DNA from: an uncultured cyanobacterium
Lineage (GTDB): Bacteria; Cyanobacteriota; Cyanobacteriia; Cyanobacteriales; Nostocaceae
Length of the DNA stretch: 64,000 nt
Assembly: GCA_963740315.1 (NCBI GenBank)
Contig: CAVUDP010000002.1
Location: 896,001 to 960,000 of the forward strand
Direction of reading: 5' to 3'
Part shown: piece after piece, positions 60,812 to 64,000 of the stretch
Numbering within the stretch: the first letter of the stretch is position 1
Layout of the letters: the number at the start of each line of letters is the position of its first letter
Notes under the pieces: model-generated
Seen by the model: only the letters and a program-made list of their open reading frames with translations
Databases searched by the model: none
Told to the model about the DNA's origin: nothing
Made by a program: the position numbers and the translations under genes

Positions 60812-63283
60812 TTACTTATGCCATGTAAAACGAAAAGTCGCACCTCTGTCAACTTCAGAATCCACAGTAATTGTAGCTCCTTCACTTTCGATAATTTTTT
60901 TCACGATAGATAAACCAACTCCAGTAGTTTCTTTTTTGTCGCGAGCTTCTAAAGTTTGGAAAATTACGAATATTTTATCGTGATATTCACCAGAGATACC
61001 CGGTCCATCATCAGATACCGCAAATTCGTAACATTCTCCTTTATCTTCTACAGAAATGTAAATATGACCATCGGAACGATGATGATGAGTAATCGCATTA
61101 TCAATTAAATTCATAAATACTCGCCTTAACATCATAACCTTTGTATTTATGATAGGCACGGGATGTTTAACTTCGATGGTAAAATTTTCGGGTGGTGCGA
61201 GAGAATCAATGATTTCTGACAAAAGCGTCCTAACATTCACCTTTTCTTCTGCATTATTAACACGTCCGACACGGGAATATTGCAGCAAGCCGTCAATCAA
61301 AGCTTCCATGCGGTAGACTCGCTGACGCAGCAATTCTAACAGACGCTGATTTTCTGGATCTAAATCCGATAAATCATCTTCCAACCACACAGATATATTG
61401 CCGATCGCTCTTAATGGTGCTTTCAAGTCATGGGAAGCGACATAGGCAAACTGGTCTAATTCCGAGTTGCGTTTTCTTAATTGGGCAGTAGTCTGAGTTA
61501 ATAACACATTTGTTTGCTCTAGCTCTTGCGATCGCAGCTGCACTTGAGTTTCCGCTTGCTTGCGCTGACCGATTTCTTGAATAACACCAAGAAAGTATTG
61601 GGGTTCGCCGTTTGCTTGACGCACAAAAGAAACCGTTGTCTCTACCCAGATTGGAGAACCGTTTTTACAAATGTAGCGCTTCTCCATCGAGAAATTTTCA
61701 ATTCTACCCGCAAGCAAATCGCGAACTTTTTTTAAATCGCTTTGTAAATCTTCTGGATAAGTAATTTCGTGAAATCTGCGCTGCAAAAGTTCTTCGCGAC
61801 TATAACCCAAAATATCGCACAGTTTCTGATTTACCCGAATAAACTTACCGCTTAAATCTGCGTGAGTAATACCCACAGCTGCTTGTTCAAAAGTTGAACG
61901 AAAACGTTCTTCACTTTCGATCAGCGCTTGATGCGATTGTTTGCGATTGGTAATATCGGTAACTGTACCTACATAACCGATGAATACACCATCCCCATTC
62001 CTTTCCGCTACCGATTGAGCAAATACCCAAGCTACAGATTTATCGGGGCGTTGAAACCTAAACTCGCATTCAAAAGGTATTTTCTGCTCTACTGTACGGT
62101 TTATTTCTGCTTCTACTCGCGCTCTATCTTGTGGATGAATTGTTTTTCGCCATCCTTGGTTAATTACCTGCTCGAAAGTATATCCCGAAATCTGGCACCA
62201 GCGTTGATTTACATAAAGTAAATTCACCTTTGTATCGCAACGAAAAATACCAACCGGGGAAATTTTAGCTAAAGTACTATAGCGAAGCTCGCTTAACTCT
62301 AAAGCCTGCTGCGCTTTTTTGCGATCGGTAATATCGGCAACAGTTCCCGCCATCCGCAAAGCTTTGCCATTGTCATCATAATAGTAGCGACCGTAAGATT
62401 CAACCCAGCGCACGGTATTATCGGGTAGAACAATTCGATACTCGCAAACATAATCTTGATGCTCTTTTAAAGCCTTTTTCCAAGCAGCTTCAGCAGAAGC
62501 TAAATCATCGGGATGAACCCGACTTGCCCAATCTTCATAGGTATGTTCTCCATTACCCGGTTCGTAACCAAAAATAACATCATGGTAGGGAGTCCATATA
62601 TTTTTATTGGTAAATAAATCCCAATGCCAAGAACCCATCTTAGCAGCATCCAACGCTAAGGTAAGTCTTTCAAAGTATTTTTGATTCTTGGTTTGCGCTT
62701 CTTGCTGTTTGAAACCGCTGACATCTGGCATCGCGATCGTCGCACCCAATTCTCCCGAAGCGTTAATTGAGTTGCCTACCAAAATCCGGGTTTTTCCTTG
62801 TTTATCGCCCTCTTCTACACCTTCTGTTAGCTGAGATAAAATTTGCCAAAATTTATTTTGCCCCTCCAACGCAGCTTCTTTTTGCTTATATTCGTCAATA
62901 TTATTACAAGTAACTACCCATTCAACGATTTCTCCCCCTCGATCGAAACAAGGTTGAGCGCATACCCCGTACCAATAAGCTTTATTATCTTGATGTATAA
63001 TTCTAAATTCATCTTTCCATAGTTGCTGTTCTGCGATCGCCGACAACCAAGACACAGAAATGCGATCGCGCTCTTGAGAATAAATTGCTTGTACAAAATT
63101 CAAACCCAAAGATTGGCTTTCATCCAATCCCGTTAATTCGTACCATTGTTGATTAAAATATGTAGCATATCCATCTCGATCCGCACAAAAAACAATCTGC
63201 GTCATAGCCTGCATAACTCGCTCAAAGCGAGCTTCACCTTGAGCAATGTTATTAGTTTTCACAGGATGACGACTTGGATTCAT
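60812..63283 (-). CDS. Cytoplasmic multi-PAS histidine kinase
   Basis: Four or more PAS/PAC domains; SHDLKAPL, DDGPGI and GVGL motifs. Confidence 0.9.
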   Translation of the reverse strand: MNPSRHPVKTNNIAQGEARFERVMQAMTQIVFCADRDGYATYFNQQWYELTGLDESQSLGLNFVQAIYSQERDRISVSWLSAIAEQQLWKDEFRIIHQDNKAYWYGVCAQPCFDRGGEIVEWVVTCNNIDEYKQKEAALEGQNKFWQILSQLTEGVEEGDKQGKTRILVGNSINASGELGATIAMPDVSGFKQQEAQTKNQKYFERLTLALDAAKMGSWHWDLFTNKNIWTPYHDVIFGYEPGNGEHTYEDWASRVHPDDLASAEAAWKKALKEHQDYVCEYRIVLPDNTVRWVESYGRYYYDDNGKALRMAGTVADITDRKKAQQALELSELRYSTLAKISPVGIFRCDTKVNLLYVNQRWCQISGYTFEQVINQGWRKTIHPQDRARVEAEINRTVEQKIPFECEFRFQRPDKSVAWVFAQSVAERNGDGVFIGYVGTVTDITNRKQSHQALIESEERFRSTFEQAAVGITHADLSGKFIRVNQKLCDILGYSREELLQRRFHEITYPEDLQSDLKKVRDLLAGRIENFSMEKRYICKNGSPIWVETTVSFVRQANGEPQYFLGVIQEIGQRKQAETQVQLRSQELEQTNVLLTQTTAQLRKRNSELDQFAYVASHDLKAPLRAIGNISVWLEDDLSDLDPENQRLLELLRQRVYRMEALIDGLLQYSRVGRVNNAEEKVNVRTLLSEIIDSLAPPENFTIEVKHPVPIINTKVMMLRRVFMNLIDNAITHHHRSDGHIYISVEDKGECYEFAVSDDGPGISGEYHDKIFVIFQTLEARDKKETTGVGLSIVKKIIESEGATITVDSEVDRGATFRFTWHK

Positions 63284-63302
63284 AATTTAGGGCATTGGGC
63301 AC

Positions 63303-63430
63303 GGGGAGAGGGGGAGAGGGGGAGAGGGGGAGATGGGGAGAGGGGGAGAGGGGGTAGAGGGGGTAGAAATAATATTCATCACTCTTAACTCTTAACTCTT
63401 AACTCCGGTGGTCTTAACTCCTAACCTCTG
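63303..63430. repeat. Octamer (GGGGAGAG) and heptamer (TAACTCT) tandem repeats
   Basis: Visible tandem arrays in the divergent intergenic region. Confidence 0.8.
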
Positions 63431-63504
63431 ACCTCTATCTATATATAATCGTTTAAGCATTGTTTTATCTAGCTTCCGTAGTTCAGTTATTTGATATATA
63501 GGTA

Positions 63505-63520
63505 TCTATCGCAAGGAAGA
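63505..63520. promoter_or_regulatory. Candidate 7-2-7 palindromic operator (TCTNNCT-NN-AGNNWGA family)
   Basis: TCTATCG-CA-AGGAAGA; similar sites upstream of many stress genes (see findings). Confidence 0.45.
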
Positions 63521-63672
63521 AATGCAAAAATCGACTTTATAACTATTTGTAAATAAAAGGCTTGTAATGATTGTTGTGAACGTATCTAATACAATAAACA
63601 TAAAGTTTCCTTTAAAATAGCTCTGCTATCTTGAATAGGATTTTAAATAATGTGGGTAGAGGTTGCGTTGAT

Positions 63673-64000
63673 ATGAGTGAAATTAGAGTTGTCGTAGTTG
63701 AAGATCATAATTTAACTAGAATCGGTTTACGAGCAGCTTTGGAAACTCGCGAACAAATCAAGATTGTTGGTGAAGCTTCTAACGGAACTGATGGCTTAAA
63801 TCTTCTCAAAAGTTTAAAACCAGATGTTGCTACAATCGACCTGGGTTTACCGGATATAGACGGTATTGAATTAACGCGAAGATTTCGACAATATCAAGCA
63901 GAGATTAAAAGCGATGCTACAAAGCTGTTAATTTTAACGATGCAAAACAGCGATGAAGCGGTATTGGCAGCGTTTGGTGCTGGTGCTGATTCCTACTGCA
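63673..64000 (+). CDS. NarL-family response regulator, OrrA-like (partial, runs off the window)
   Basis: MSEIRVVVVEDHNLTRIGLRAAL...IDLGLPDIDGIELTR...ILTM...AVLAAFGAGADSY; divergent from the HK/RR/hybrid cluster, as I recall for Anabaena orrA. Confidence 0.8.
   Translation, partial: MSEIRVVVVEDHNLTRIGLRAALETREQIKIVGEASNGTDGLNLLKSLKPDVATIDLGLPDIDGIELTRRFRQYQAEIKSDATKLLILTMQNSDEAVLAAFGAGADSYC

Noticed and set aside
63146..63388. 80-aa Gly/Arg-rich ORF
   Set aside because: Translation of the octamer repeat, antisense to the kinase start.
1..64000. HIP1 (GCGATCGC) abundance as a novel signal; tRNA, rRNA or prophage genes
   Set aside because: HIP1 enrichment is a known cyanobacterial trait. No RNA genes, integrase or phage structural genes were recognised.

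Overview
AT-rich chromosomal window from a filamentous, probably heterocystous cyanobacterium. Supporting signs are frequent HIP1 octamers (GCGATCGC), heptamer/octamer tandem repeats, XisI and Uma2 genes and a nifB remnant; a Nostocales/Rivulariaceae assignment is inference. 1-12 kb: a decayed nifB fragment, housekeeping and sugar genes, and a small accessory-gene hotspot (SMI1/KNR4, two xisI, an orphan antitoxin-like gene, two Uma2). 12-26 kb: a defence-island-like block with an EcoAI/EcoEI-like type I R-M system, a DUF433/PIN TA pair between hsdM and hsdS, a convergent three-gene TIGR04255 operon and a DEDDh exonuclease-ATPase fusion. 27-64 kb: a salt/desiccation/general-stress region (SLC12-like transporter, Mn-catalase, TrkH, USP, CsbD, GlsB/YeaQ, Na/Ca antiporter, DUF2294 pair) with many two-component genes, ending in a partial OrrA-like NarL regulator. 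Highlights: (i) one identical 24-nt double mini-hairpin element inserted at the same position of HIP1 in two genes, in frame in hsdR and introducing stops in a cytochrome P450; (ii) the TIGR04255 operon as a candidate tripartite toxin/defence module; (iii) an Rpn gene with an internal start and a spare C-terminal cassette; (iv) a recurrent 7-2-7 palindrome upstream of the stress genes; (v) an ethylene-receptor-type kinase. No rRNA, tRNA or CRISPR array was seen. All family assignments come from recognising motifs by eye, not from database searches.
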